Positions 26,975 through 39,012 of a stretch of 64,000 nt of DNA are shown here, piece by piece. The translations under genes and the position numbers were made by a program. This stretch comes from Candidatus Kapaibacterium sp. (GTDB lineage: Bacteria > Bacteroidota > Ignavibacteria > Kapaibacteriales > Kapaibacteriaceae), in contig VEQR01000003.1 of the NCBI GenBank assembly GCA_018883125.1, positions 178-64,177 of the forward strand. Reading direction: 5' to 3'. Under the pieces are notes generated by a model. It saw only the letters and a list, made by a program, of their open reading frames with translations, was not told where the DNA came from and searched no databases. Numbering within the stretch: the stretch's first letter is position 1; every line of letters starts with the position of its first letter.

Positions 26975-27995
26975 TCCGCGCAACACGCGCATCGCGCCGT
27001 TGTTTCGCCAGGGCACGCAGATCAACGACATGATCTGCTTCATCGACGATCTCCGCTCCGAGCATGGTCTCAAGAACGTCTTCCATTGTGATGATGCCTT
27101 CGACGCCGCCATGCTCATCTACGACCATGAAGACGTGCTGCCGCTGCTGAAGAAACTGCTCAAGGGCGTGGTCCAGGGTGATGTTCTCCGGGATGTAACC
27201 AACGTCGCGCTTTAAGCGTGTGAGTTCCACGGACTGACGTCCGGCAAGCGCTGCACGCAGGATGTCCTTGGTCATGACGTATCCGGTCACTGAGTCCAGG
27301 TCAGCCCCTTCATAGATCGGCAGACGCGAGAACATCTGCAGCTCGGGCTGCTTTATGGCCTCGGCAACCGTCAGCTCAGAGCTCATGCCGGCAACGACCA
27401 TGCGCGGCGTCATCACGTCTCCTACTTCAATGCTGCTGAGCTGCATGATGTTGGTCATGATCCGATACTCACCGGGATCGAGAGCCCCTTCCTCGCGTGC
27501 AGTCTCCACGAGTGCTTCAAGTTCCTCGCGGGCTTCTTCTTCCTCTTCCTCTTGTGAACGGGGCTTGGTAAGCGCCACGAGGAGCCGATTGGCAAGCAAC
27601 ATGGGAGCAGAGAGCAGCGTCACGATCGCCAGTGATGTGCTGGCAAAGCGGAGCAGGTGATCTGCTGAGCGCTCGCCGATGGTGCTGGCAACAACTTTCA
27701 CAAGGGCAAGACCCGTGGCAAGCAACGTGACATCGATGGCAATCCGACTACCGTCGCTATTGGCCACCATCATCATCCCAACCACGGCAAGGATCTGCAC
27801 AACCACGTCGACCAGACTGATCGACAGGCGTGCTTCGTTGGGCTCGTCAAGCGCGCGTTTTAGCCGACGTCCAACGGCCGAGCCTTCTTCGGCCATCGTG
27901 CTGACGATCGAGATCGGAAGATTCGTAAGGACTGAGGCTACCAGTTCCAGATAGCCACTGATCATGACCGAGATGGCCAATACGGCAATGTCCAT
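26961..27995 (-). CDS. CNNM/DUF21 transmembrane domain protein with a CBS pair (hemolysin/CorC-like family)
   Basis: An N-terminal multi-TM DUF21-like region is followed by two CBS-like segments (VGDVMTPR... and HVFMVVDEHGGVEGIITMEDVLE). Confidence 0.7.
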   Translation of the reverse strand: MDIAVLAISVMISGYLELVASVLTNLPISIVSTMAEEGSAVGRRLKRALDEPNEARLSISLVDVVVQILAVVGMMMVANSDGSRIAIDVTLLATGLALVKVVASTIGERSADHLLRFASTSLAIVTLLSAPMLLANRLLVALTKPRSQEEEEEEAREELEALVETAREEGALDPGEYRIMTNIMQLSSIEVGDVMTPRMVVAGMSSELTVAEAIKQPELQMFSRLPIYEGADLDSVTGYVMTKDILRAALAGRQSVELTRLKRDVGYIPENITLDHALEQFLQQRQHVFMVVDEHGGVEGIITMEDVLETMLGAEIVDEADHVVDLRALAKQRRDARVARISQS

Positions 27996-28612
27996 TACTT
28001 CGCTCGGAACTCCGTGTTGACGATGCGCACCGGACGTGGACTCGTCATGACACCATACGGGGTGCTTACTGTTGGGGTGGCTTCAACTATCAGCTTTGTG
28101 GGCTCGGAGTTCAATCCACCGATCGACAGTGCCAAGGCCATGAGATCTTCATAGCCGCGGTCGTTGATCACACTTGAAAGATCTACCGATATCTCCAGCG
28201 GAAAGGGGTCTGATGTGCCGCCTCCGGGAATGGCAACTTCGCTGCGAATATCACCGCTAACGCTCGGTCGGTCATCAATGTACAGCTTCCAGGGCAGTGC
28301 CTTCAGCGTCAGACTTGCCGGCTTGCCGCCACCGCTTCCATCGTTAGGGTTGCGAGCCTCGACGAAGACCGTAAAGGTTGTCTGAAGCTTCTTGGTGTGA
28401 TAGGCCTGCAGAAGATTGTAGGCATCTGTCGCAGAAAGGCCTTTCAGGTTGTTCAGACGTGAAACATTCACGCCGGCAACACGCATATTCTCCACGCGGA
28501 CCACTCGGAACTGCATGTCCTTGAGCGACATGATCGAGTTTGCCATATCTCGAATGCTTGCACATGAGGTGACAAGAAGGAGAACAATGACGGCGATTGA
28601 GCGAAGGATCAT
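27995..28612 (-). CDS. Putative lipoprotein, LEA_2 (NDR1/HIN1-like) fold candidate
   Basis: It has a lipobox (LLLVTSCAS). The pattern FTVFVEARNPN...LKALPWKLYIDD resembles LEA type 2 proteins. The ATG is at 28612; the track ORF extends upstream over the crtI-family gene. Confidence 0.4.
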   Translation of the reverse strand: MILRSIAVIVLLLVTSCASIRDMANSIMSLKDMQFRVVRVENMRVAGVNVSRLNNLKGLSATDAYNLLQAYHTKKLQTTFTVFVEARNPNDGSGGGKPASLTLKALPWKLYIDDRPSVSGDIRSEVAIPGGGTSDPFPLEISVDLSSVINDRGYEDLMALALSIGGLNSEPTKLIVEATPTVSTPYGVMTSPRPVRIVNTEFRAK

Positions 28613-30114
28613 AACGAGGATTGTGATGCGGTGAGAAGGAGTCGAGAGGCAATCATTCCGCTGGTGGCCACAAGAGGAATTCCTCCGCCGGGATGAGCAC
28701 TGCCGCCAACATACCAAAGATTTTTCACCTCTCGAGAGCGCTGGCGGGGACGGAGAAAGGCGCTCCACGGTGTGTTCGAAGAAGCCCCGTACAGAGAGCC
28801 GCGATCGGTTGACCATTCCGATGCCATCGTGTCGGGTGTGCGGATGTTCATGGCATGGACGTGCGGACGAAGACCGAAACGTTCCATTCGGCGCAGGACC
28901 AATTCTGCACGCTCCTCGGCATGACCCGTCCAGACAGAGGCAGTGGCGTCGCCATCGTGCGATCCGGAGCCCCGTGCCGGAGCATTCACCAGAACAAACC
29001 AGTTTTCCCTTCCTGCCGATGCCAGCGATGCGTCTGCCGCACACGAGCGCGAGATGTAGATCGTTGCGTCGGGATGCGGATAAAGCCCGTTGTCGATGGC
29101 ATCGAACTCAGCTCGGTAGTCGTCGCAAAAGAGAATGTTGTGCTGCGCCAGACCCTTGTCTGCGCTATCGGTACTGATCTGCAGCACCAGTCCGCTGCAT
29201 GATGGGTCTTTTGGAAGGGGCGATGCCATTCCGAGTAGTTTGCGACGCGTCACGGATACGTCGGCGTTGGAGATGACGTGATCAACGCTGATGCGCGCCC
29301 CATCGGTAAGCTCCAAAGCGCTCGCCTCGCCCCGTTCCACATGGATTCGCGCCACGCCGGTCTGCAGGTGAATGCGAACACCTACTTCGCGGGCAAGTCG
29401 TTCCAATGCATCGGCAATGGCGTGCATGCCCCCTAATGGATACCACGCGCCAAAGCCAATCTCCACCCACGGGATAACCATCAGTGTGGCCGGTGCGCGA
29501 AACGGAGAAGAACCATTGTACGTTGCAAAGCGGTCAAAGAGCTGCACAAGACGCGGGTCGGTGAAGGAGGATCGGTTATGATCGTGTAGCGTTGAAAGTG
29601 GACGCAGTTTCAGCAGTGATGGGAGAAGGGGCAGATTGCGACGCTTGAAGAATTCACCCAGACCGTTGAACTCGCCAAAGATGAAGATGTCCTTCGTGAG
29701 CTCGTACACACTGCGTGCATGGTCAAGATAGGCGCGAGCGCGCACCCCCTGTCCAGGAGAAAACTGCTCAATGGCGGTGATGACGTCCTCATGCGAAAAC
29801 GGCAGGTCAAGGCGCGATCCATCGCTCCAGCGGTACTGACACGCCGGATCTACGGGGAGGAGTGTGAAGTAGTCGCTGCGCCGTGCGCCGACTGCGGCAA
29901 ACACCTCATCAAGAACAAAAGGCATCGTTACCAGCGTCGGTCCGGTCTCAAATGTGCTCCCGTCAAGGATGGTGCGGTTCAGCTTACCACCAACACGCTC
30001 ACCCTGTTCGAAAACGTCTACGGCATGACCCTTCGCTGCCAGCTGGATGGCGGCCACGAGGCCGCCGACACCGCCGCCGATAACTCCAATGCGGAGCGGG
30101 TCAGGCCGAGGCAT
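28609..30114 (-). CDS. Phytoene desaturase family FAD-dependent oxidoreductase (CrtI/CrtD-like)
   Basis: The N-terminal dinucleotide fold is RIGVIGGGVGGLVAAIQLAAKGHAVDVFEQGERVGGK. The C-terminus reads LWYVGGSAHPGGGIP. Confidence 0.75.
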   Translation of the reverse strand: MPRPDPLRIGVIGGGVGGLVAAIQLAAKGHAVDVFEQGERVGGKLNRTILDGSTFETGPTLVTMPFVLDEVFAAVGARRSDYFTLLPVDPACQYRWSDGSRLDLPFSHEDVITAIEQFSPGQGVRARAYLDHARSVYELTKDIFIFGEFNGLGEFFKRRNLPLLPSLLKLRPLSTLHDHNRSSFTDPRLVQLFDRFATYNGSSPFRAPATLMVIPWVEIGFGAWYPLGGMHAIADALERLAREVGVRIHLQTGVARIHVERGEASALELTDGARISVDHVISNADVSVTRRKLLGMASPLPKDPSCSGLVLQISTDSADKGLAQHNILFCDDYRAEFDAIDNGLYPHPDATIYISRSCAADASLASAGRENWFVLVNAPARGSGSHDGDATASVWTGHAEERAELVLRRMERFGLRPHVHAMNIRTPDTMASEWSTDRGSLYGASSNTPWSAFLRPRQRSREVKNLWYVGGSAHPGGGIPLVATSGMIASRLLLTASQSSL

Positions 30115-31675
30115 GGCCTGCCGGAAGTTCGATCAGACAGTGATGTCCGGCTCCGACGGCATCAAACGCATCAAGTGCTGAGATGATACCATCGATCCCG
30201 ACCTGCGCCTCCCAAACGGCCAGCGGATACACACGCTCCTGCAGTGTGTCGTTCGGCATCACCGAAGCGTGGATCGTTCGTGCTCTGTCAATCACGCCCG
30301 CATTGCGTCGCTTTGCCGCAGCACGGATCTTTCCCTCAAGCGCTTCGAGCGAGGCAGTGATACCGGCCCGTTGCGATTCCACGGTGGCGATAAGTGTGGA
30401 GTCCGTTCTCTCGGCGGCACTTCGGTAGGGGGCCAGCAGCGACGCTACTGATGCAGCACGGTGCTCGGAATCTGGGAACATCTCCTGCGTCAGATCATCG
30501 GCCAGTGTCCGCTCGATATCGGACCAGGCGCGGAGATAGAACTCGACAGTTGTTTCGGACTTGGAAAGCAGTCGCTGAATCTTCAAAGTGCAGAGCGTTG
30601 CACCGTGACGGATCACCACAACCGGCTGCTCTATGCCGCAGGCCGAGTATGCCTCGGAAAGCTGCGCGTGGTATGCCAGCTCTGCAGCGCCAAGCACATT
30701 CATCACTGTGGGAAGAAGGGCATCCTGCACGAGAGGTCGTGTAAGAACCGACGGGCTGAACGCATCAGGATGTGTCTGCGCCGTTTCGGCAAGTCCCTGC
30801 TCGCCGGGGGTAGGACGTCGGCGTTCATTGTTGTCGATCACAAAGAATCCGAACTCCGGCACCTGTGCCTGCGCGCCGAGTCCAATCCGATTGCATTCAT
30901 CTGTTCCCGCGCGAAGTGCTTCAGTGATGGCACCTTTCTCGATTTCCATCATTACCAGCGGTTGGTGCATTCCGGAGCGGATCACTTCGCTTGCTCGTAC
31001 AACCAGAACACCCCACTGCTGAAGGTAGGGGGCCAGCATTGCCATGAATGCATCGCCCCATGATGTGCCAGAACTCCAGCACTGCTGGATGCGCTGCTGC
31101 GTTGACTCTTGCTGCGGACCTGCAAGGAGCGAACTCGCCTCGGCCACGCGGTCCTGCATGTCGGTATCGCACAACCGCATGCTCACCGGCAGACGTCTCT
31201 GGTCGTTGTCCCACACGGAAACAGCCGTCGGCAATGAGTTCGCACCCGGCAACGTGAGATGTGCAGCCTCCGCTGCGTCGTGATCGTTGTCTTCGAGCCA
31301 GAATACGGCAACCGCGGGAACGCCAAGGCTCGACTCAATGCGGCGTGCTTCGGCAACGGCCGTGCGGATCTTGTACAGGGTGTACATCGGACCGCCGAGC
31401 ATACCGATCTGCTGTCCGGTTGCCACAACGACGGATGTGCGCAGATCGATCTTCTCGAGAGCACTCACCTGAACTGCCGACAATTCCAGCGGCACCATGG
31501 ACGACGTAATGAGCTCTCGCAGGCGGGAGCGCGAAGCCCCCTGCAATGCACGCTTCGTGCAGAACTCGGGTGTAACGGACGGAGTCCGAAACCGACTCGT
31601 AAGAAGGGGCTCGCCCGCCATGAATGCTCGGGCCGTGGCTGAAGTGCCGATGGTCTCCGGGTCGATTAGTCTCAT
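30101..31675 (-). CDS. bshC: Bacillithiol biosynthesis cysteine-adding enzyme BshC
   Basis: ATGQQIGMLGGPMYTLYKIRTAVAEA...PAVAVFWLEDNDHD matches the BshC signature (GGQQ.GL..GPLYTI.K ... FW...EDHD). A length of about 524 aa also fits. Confidence 0.7.
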   Translation of the reverse strand: MRLIDPETIGTSATARAFMAGEPLLTSRFRTPSVTPEFCTKRALQGASRSRLRELITSSMVPLELSAVQVSALEKIDLRTSVVVATGQQIGMLGGPMYTLYKIRTAVAEARRIESSLGVPAVAVFWLEDNDHDAAEAAHLTLPGANSLPTAVSVWDNDQRRLPVSMRLCDTDMQDRVAEASSLLAGPQQESTQQRIQQCWSSGTSWGDAFMAMLAPYLQQWGVLVVRASEVIRSGMHQPLVMMEIEKGAITEALRAGTDECNRIGLGAQAQVPEFGFFVIDNNERRRPTPGEQGLAETAQTHPDAFSPSVLTRPLVQDALLPTVMNVLGAAELAYHAQLSEAYSACGIEQPVVVIRHGATLCTLKIQRLLSKSETTVEFYLRAWSDIERTLADDLTQEMFPDSEHRAASVASLLAPYRSAAERTDSTLIATVESQRAGITASLEALEGKIRAAAKRRNAGVIDRARTIHASVMPNDTLQERVYPLAVWEAQVGIDGIISALDAFDAVGAGHHCLIELPAGHASA

Positions 31676-34600
31676 CGATCCAGAGCAGTGCCGGCCACTT
31701 CGTCGTCGGCCGTGTCGCAGTGATACTCTCGGCGTGGACCACGTCCGGCAGAGCTCGATGCAGCACCCTGGCCGATGGCCGTGATGGCTTCCTGCTCGAG
31801 GAAGGCACGAAGTTCCGCATCGCGCTTACGCAGCTTCTGGTCAACGTCGCGGGCAAAGTACTGGCGTCCGTCCACAAACGTGCGTTCCACGCGTGACATG
31901 TTCGACAGCGGGTTACCGGTCCAGACAACCACGTCGGCATCTTTGCCAACTTCGATGCTGCCAAGACGCTGGTCAATGGACATCTGCTTGGCGGCGTTGA
32001 TCGTAACAAACTTTAGTGCGTCTTCCTCGGAAACGCCACCGTACTTGATGCTCTTTGCTGCTTCCTGATTCAGACGTCGTGCCATCTCCGCATCGTCGGA
32101 GTTGATCGAAACCATTACGCCCTGCTCATGCATGATCGCCGGACTTTCCGGAATGGCGTCATACACCTCGAACTTATATGCCCACCAGTCGGCGAACGAC
32201 GACGCGCGCGCACCGTGCTTGGCCATCTCCTTGGCAACCTTGTACCCTTCGAGGATGTGCGTGAAGGTGTGGACGCGAAATCCAAAGTCTTCAGCTAAGC
32301 GCATAAGCATCAGGATCTCGCTCTGCACGTAGGAGTGACAGTGGATGTTGCGCTTGCTGTTGGCGATCTCCACCAGTGCATCAAGCTGCAGATCCCGTCG
32401 CACGGGCTTTGTGGGGTCATTGGCACGCAACTCACGCTCGTACTCCTTGGCCGTGCGGAAAGCATCTCGCATGATCTCCTCCACACCCATGCGGGTCTGC
32501 GGATAGCGCACCGTGTAGCGGTCTCCCCAGTTTGCCTGCTTGACGTTTTCGCCGAGGGCGAACTTGACCGTTGGTACGGAGCCTTCTACCTTGAGATCCT
32601 CGGCATCGGCACCCCATCGCGTCTTGATGTACTGAAGCTGGCCGCCCATCGGATTGGCAGAGCCGTGCAACAGATGCGTGGATGTTACGCCACCGGAGAG
32701 CTGACGGTAGATATTCACGTCATCAGGATTGAGGACATCGCCGATGCGCACTTCCGTGGTAACGGCATGCGTGCCTTCGTTCACACCGCGACTGATGGCG
32801 ATGTGGGAGTGCTCATCGATGATGCCCGGCGTGATCTGCATGCCGGAGCAGTCGATCGTGGTGTCGGCTGTGAGCCCCTTACCGATGGCGGCAATCTTTC
32901 CGTCGCGGATCACAACGTCCGTACTGTCGAGAATCCCGCTTGGACCCGAGGTCCAGACGCGCGCATTCTTGAGAACAACACTCAGCTGCTTGGGCTGACC
33001 TTCGAGTCCGAACGGACCAAAGGGAGCGAGCATCGGAAGGGGCTTGCGCTGGCGTGCACCGGCAATGGCAGGTTCAGACTTCTTGGTGTCGCGAAGCAAG
33101 GAATCGCGGCGCAGCACGAACGATGTCATGGTGCCATTTGGCAGGATCATCTCCCCGGTGATCATCACGCTGTCCGCGAGAGAAGCCGCACGGACTGTGC
33201 CCTTAAGGCCAACAGTATCGGTTGTGACCGTGAAAGAGATACGTCTGCCCTGCAAGGTCAGTGATGACGGCAGCGTCACCGAATCGCGGCGCACCTCAAA
33301 CGATGGGTTTTCCGCAGTGCCCGTGATGGATGCACGCAGCGCCTTGCCACCGGGCAGCCCCGATGATGAAAGAGTCCAGTGTCCACGAATGTCAACCTCG
33401 GCCGGGAAGTACATCGTATTCTCAGCACCCGCAACCACGACCGTGCGGATCTCGCTGCCGGCTTCAAAGATCGGCTTGGACATCACCACGAAGCTTGCGT
33501 AGTAGCCTTGTTCAATCTTTCCGGCGCGATCGGCCAGCCCGGCAATACGCGCTGCCTCGGTCGTGATGGCCGCGAGTGCCACGTCCGGACGCAGTCCCCG
33601 CTGAACGCATTCGCGGATATTGCCGAGGAATGCTGAGCGGTCCTTCAAACCATCGGTCGTAAAGGCAAACCGAACACCGACGGAGTCGAGCAGACGGGCG
33701 TTGTCGGCCGACCAGTACCACGTCATCAGGTCTGACAGTCCAATCTCGTATGCGCTGTTAGCATCGCGCACATCCGGTACCTTTGGAAGGTTGACCGGCA
33801 GGATCATGTCTGGCTTGATCTTGGCAATCATACTGAGCCTGCGGAACTCTGTACCCGTGCCCTTCATGAGCATCGGAACGGAAAACTCCTTGGCGATGCG
33901 ATTCCAGCGACTGACGTCGTGCTCGTCGATGCACTCTGCAACAAACGGCGTCTTGGCACTGACGGACGTCCGCAGTGCATCTAGCGAATGATTGAACTCC
34001 GGTGGACGCTGCATGGAGCCCCGTGACGCCATGGCGTGGGCACGGCCATACCAATCGGCGTCGTAGAAGGCCTGACGGATAAGGGCGATCGAGCCCATCT
34101 GTGACGATGGATACGGCGTCTTGGACGAACCCTTGGTGAACGACAGTGCTTGATAGACACCGTCATTGATGATCGTTTCGGAAGCGGTTCCTGCGCGCAG
34201 AAGAACTGATGCCGCACTTCCGCGGAAGATGCCATCATTCGAAACGGTAGCTGCTGCCGTAAAGCCCAGCTTCTGCCACTCCTTGGCAGCATCGGCTGAG
34301 ATCGTTAGTGCATCCGATGCACGACGCTCAGGGCGCACGGCCTGGTTCCAATAATGAGCGCCCTGCTGACGGGGGGTGACGGGGCTTTCGTCTTCTTCCC
34401 AACGAGCACCGCCTGCGCTGGCATCCTTGGCCTGTCCGAGAGTTGATATGGGCAGGAATGGCTCAACGAAGCCAGCGTACACCCATGCGCCGCGCAGATC
34501 ACGCACATCTGCTCCCGGCGGTATGGCAAGGTTGCGCCCCACGGACACAATGCGTTCGCCGCGTACGACGATCACGGCTGAGTCAATCTTCGTTCCCGGA

Positions 34601-34734
34601 GAAGGCACTGCCGTGCAGTTGACGAAGGCAACAAATGGCATGCGCTTTTCGCGCAGTCCGTCTATGGCCGTCGTGGAAACTTGGGCAGCCGCAGTGGCAG
34701 CTGTCAGGGCTAGGAGCAGGAGTATGCGGATCAT
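31672..34734 (-). CDS. Large secreted amidohydrolase family protein (two amidohydrolase-like modules)
   Basis: It has a signal peptide. The metal-binding motif is PGIIDEHSHIAIS. The C-terminal DADVVVW...VERTFVDG is typical of the amidohydrolase superfamily. Confidence 0.7.
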   Translation of the reverse strand: MIRILLLLALTAATAAAQVSTTAIDGLREKRMPFVAFVNCTAVPSPGTKIDSAVIVVRGERIVSVGRNLAIPPGADVRDLRGAWVYAGFVEPFLPISTLGQAKDASAGGARWEEDESPVTPRQQGAHYWNQAVRPERRASDALTISADAAKEWQKLGFTAAATVSNDGIFRGSAASVLLRAGTASETIINDGVYQALSFTKGSSKTPYPSSQMGSIALIRQAFYDADWYGRAHAMASRGSMQRPPEFNHSLDALRTSVSAKTPFVAECIDEHDVSRWNRIAKEFSVPMLMKGTGTEFRRLSMIAKIKPDMILPVNLPKVPDVRDANSAYEIGLSDLMTWYWSADNARLLDSVGVRFAFTTDGLKDRSAFLGNIRECVQRGLRPDVALAAITTEAARIAGLADRAGKIEQGYYASFVVMSKPIFEAGSEIRTVVVAGAENTMYFPAEVDIRGHWTLSSSGLPGGKALRASITGTAENPSFEVRRDSVTLPSSLTLQGRRISFTVTTDTVGLKGTVRAASLADSVMITGEMILPNGTMTSFVLRRDSLLRDTKKSEPAIAGARQRKPLPMLAPFGPFGLEGQPKQLSVVLKNARVWTSGPSGILDSTDVVIRDGKIAAIGKGLTADTTIDCSGMQITPGIIDEHSHIAISRGVNEGTHAVTTEVRIGDVLNPDDVNIYRQLSGGVTSTHLLHGSANPMGGQLQYIKTRWGADAEDLKVEGSVPTVKFALGENVKQANWGDRYTVRYPQTRMGVEEIMRDAFRTAKEYERELRANDPTKPVRRDLQLDALVEIANSKRNIHCHSYVQSEILMLMRLAEDFGFRVHTFTHILEGYKVAKEMAKHGARASSFADWWAYKFEVYDAIPESPAIMHEQGVMVSINSDDAEMARRLNQEAAKSIKYGGVSEEDALKFVTINAAKQMSIDQRLGSIEVGKDADVVVWTGNPLSNMSRVERTFVDGRQYFARDVDQKLRKRDAELRAFLEQEAITAIGQGAASSSAGRGPRREYHCDTADDEVAGTALDR

Positions 34735-35864
34735 CCCGCAAAACTACGGCTCCGAAGCACTCGGGCCACAGCACCCGGCTGATCGACCATGCCAGCCCCT
34801 TGCCGCTCGGGGTCGACCTCCGGCAGGGGGCGAGCAGTTTCCATGAGGATCGTCTTGACGTGTTCAGGCGTGAGCGATTCATCGTGGGCAAGGAGCTGCG
34901 CAACGATGCTGCTGACGATCGGTGCGGCAAATGATGTGCCGTCAACAAGCTTGTAGAAGGGGCTTACCAGCTGCTCACTGCGGATGGTGTCGGCAATAAG
35001 CTGGCGCAGATGTGGAAGCGTTGAAACGTCCCACGCCGTGGTGGACAATCCGGCGCTGATGACCAGACGTGGTGCCAGTTCCACAAGGAGATCATCGTCG
35101 AGCGCATCCATAGCGAACAGGGCTGAAGCCATCCGTTGCTGCGGTGATTCGGGCATCAAGGGTCCTGCAAGCCAGATGGCAGGGGCGATAAGCTCCGGTT
35201 TTTGAATGCCAAGGGCCGTGGTGCCAAACGTCGAAGGGTACAAGTGGTTGTCACGATCGGTCATCGTGTTGCGATCGTCCAGACCACCAACGGTGATCGC
35301 TCCCGGTGCAGCCGCAGGCGGGCGGATCGGGGCAAGGGGATTGTTGCCGGCGGCGGTAACAACCACTATACCCTGGTGGACAAGTTCTTCGACTGCGGCA
35401 TTGACAGGGTGATCGAGAGTCTGATCGATCTCATCGGCATAGACGCTGATGTTCACCACGCGAATGCCGTATGTGGCGGCATTGTCGCGTATCCATTCCA
35501 GAGCCCACGTAATGCAGGATGTCGGTACACGTCCCGCCTCATTCATCGTGCGGATAAGGATCAGCTTTGCATCAGGTGCGAGCGATGTGTACAAACCACG
35601 AGAACGATATCCGTTTCCTGCCGCTGTGCACGCCGTCATAGTGCCGTGCCAGTGACGCGCAGCGGCAGTGAGTGGTGCCGTTGCCGACTCGGTCTGCTCA
35701 ACGGCATCGACGTATCGTGCGATGCGATTCACCGGCTGAACAAGGTCGGGATGAGCAATGAAGTCACTGTCGATCATCGCAATCCCGATTCCTTCCGTTG
35801 ATACAGCGGGTTCGGCATGCAGGCGGATAGCGATGGGAAGGGGCGCGGACTGGGTACTCGTCAT
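34731..35864 (-). CDS. S8 family (subtilisin-like) serine peptidase with no obvious signal peptide
   Basis: The catalytic triad contexts are IAMIDSDF (Asp), HGTMTACTAAGNG (His) and GTSFAAPIVSSIVAQLL (Ser). Confidence 0.8.
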   Translation of the reverse strand: MTSTQSAPLPIAIRLHAEPAVSTEGIGIAMIDSDFIAHPDLVQPVNRIARYVDAVEQTESATAPLTAAARHWHGTMTACTAAGNGYRSRGLYTSLAPDAKLILIRTMNEAGRVPTSCITWALEWIRDNAATYGIRVVNISVYADEIDQTLDHPVNAAVEELVHQGIVVVTAAGNNPLAPIRPPAAAPGAITVGGLDDRNTMTDRDNHLYPSTFGTTALGIQKPELIAPAIWLAGPLMPESPQQRMASALFAMDALDDDLLVELAPRLVISAGLSTTAWDVSTLPHLRQLIADTIRSEQLVSPFYKLVDGTSFAAPIVSSIVAQLLAHDESLTPEHVKTILMETARPLPEVDPERQGAGMVDQPGAVARVLRSRSFAG

Positions 35865-35984
35865 ACTGCTGTGGTGATGTGGAAGCCGGGAACAATTCCG
35901 TCCTCGCTTCCGGCCACGAAGTTAGGCCTGCGTACGCACACGGCATACTTTTGCAGGGACTTAATCACTTCACTGAATCTGCAC

Positions 35985-38961
<2,977 letters not shown>

Positions 38962-39012
38962 TCAGACTCCGCAGGGGTATTTTGACCGCACATTTCCGTA
39001 ACGAGGTCCGCA

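Noticed and set aside
27995-29044. The 349-aa version of the lipoprotein ORF, which extends across the 3' end of the crtI-family gene.
   Set aside because: The upstream 144 aa are Cys/Arg-rich nonsense that overlaps a well-supported gene in another frame. An internal ATG at 28612 gives a clean lipoprotein signal peptide and a 4-nt overlap with the upstream gene.
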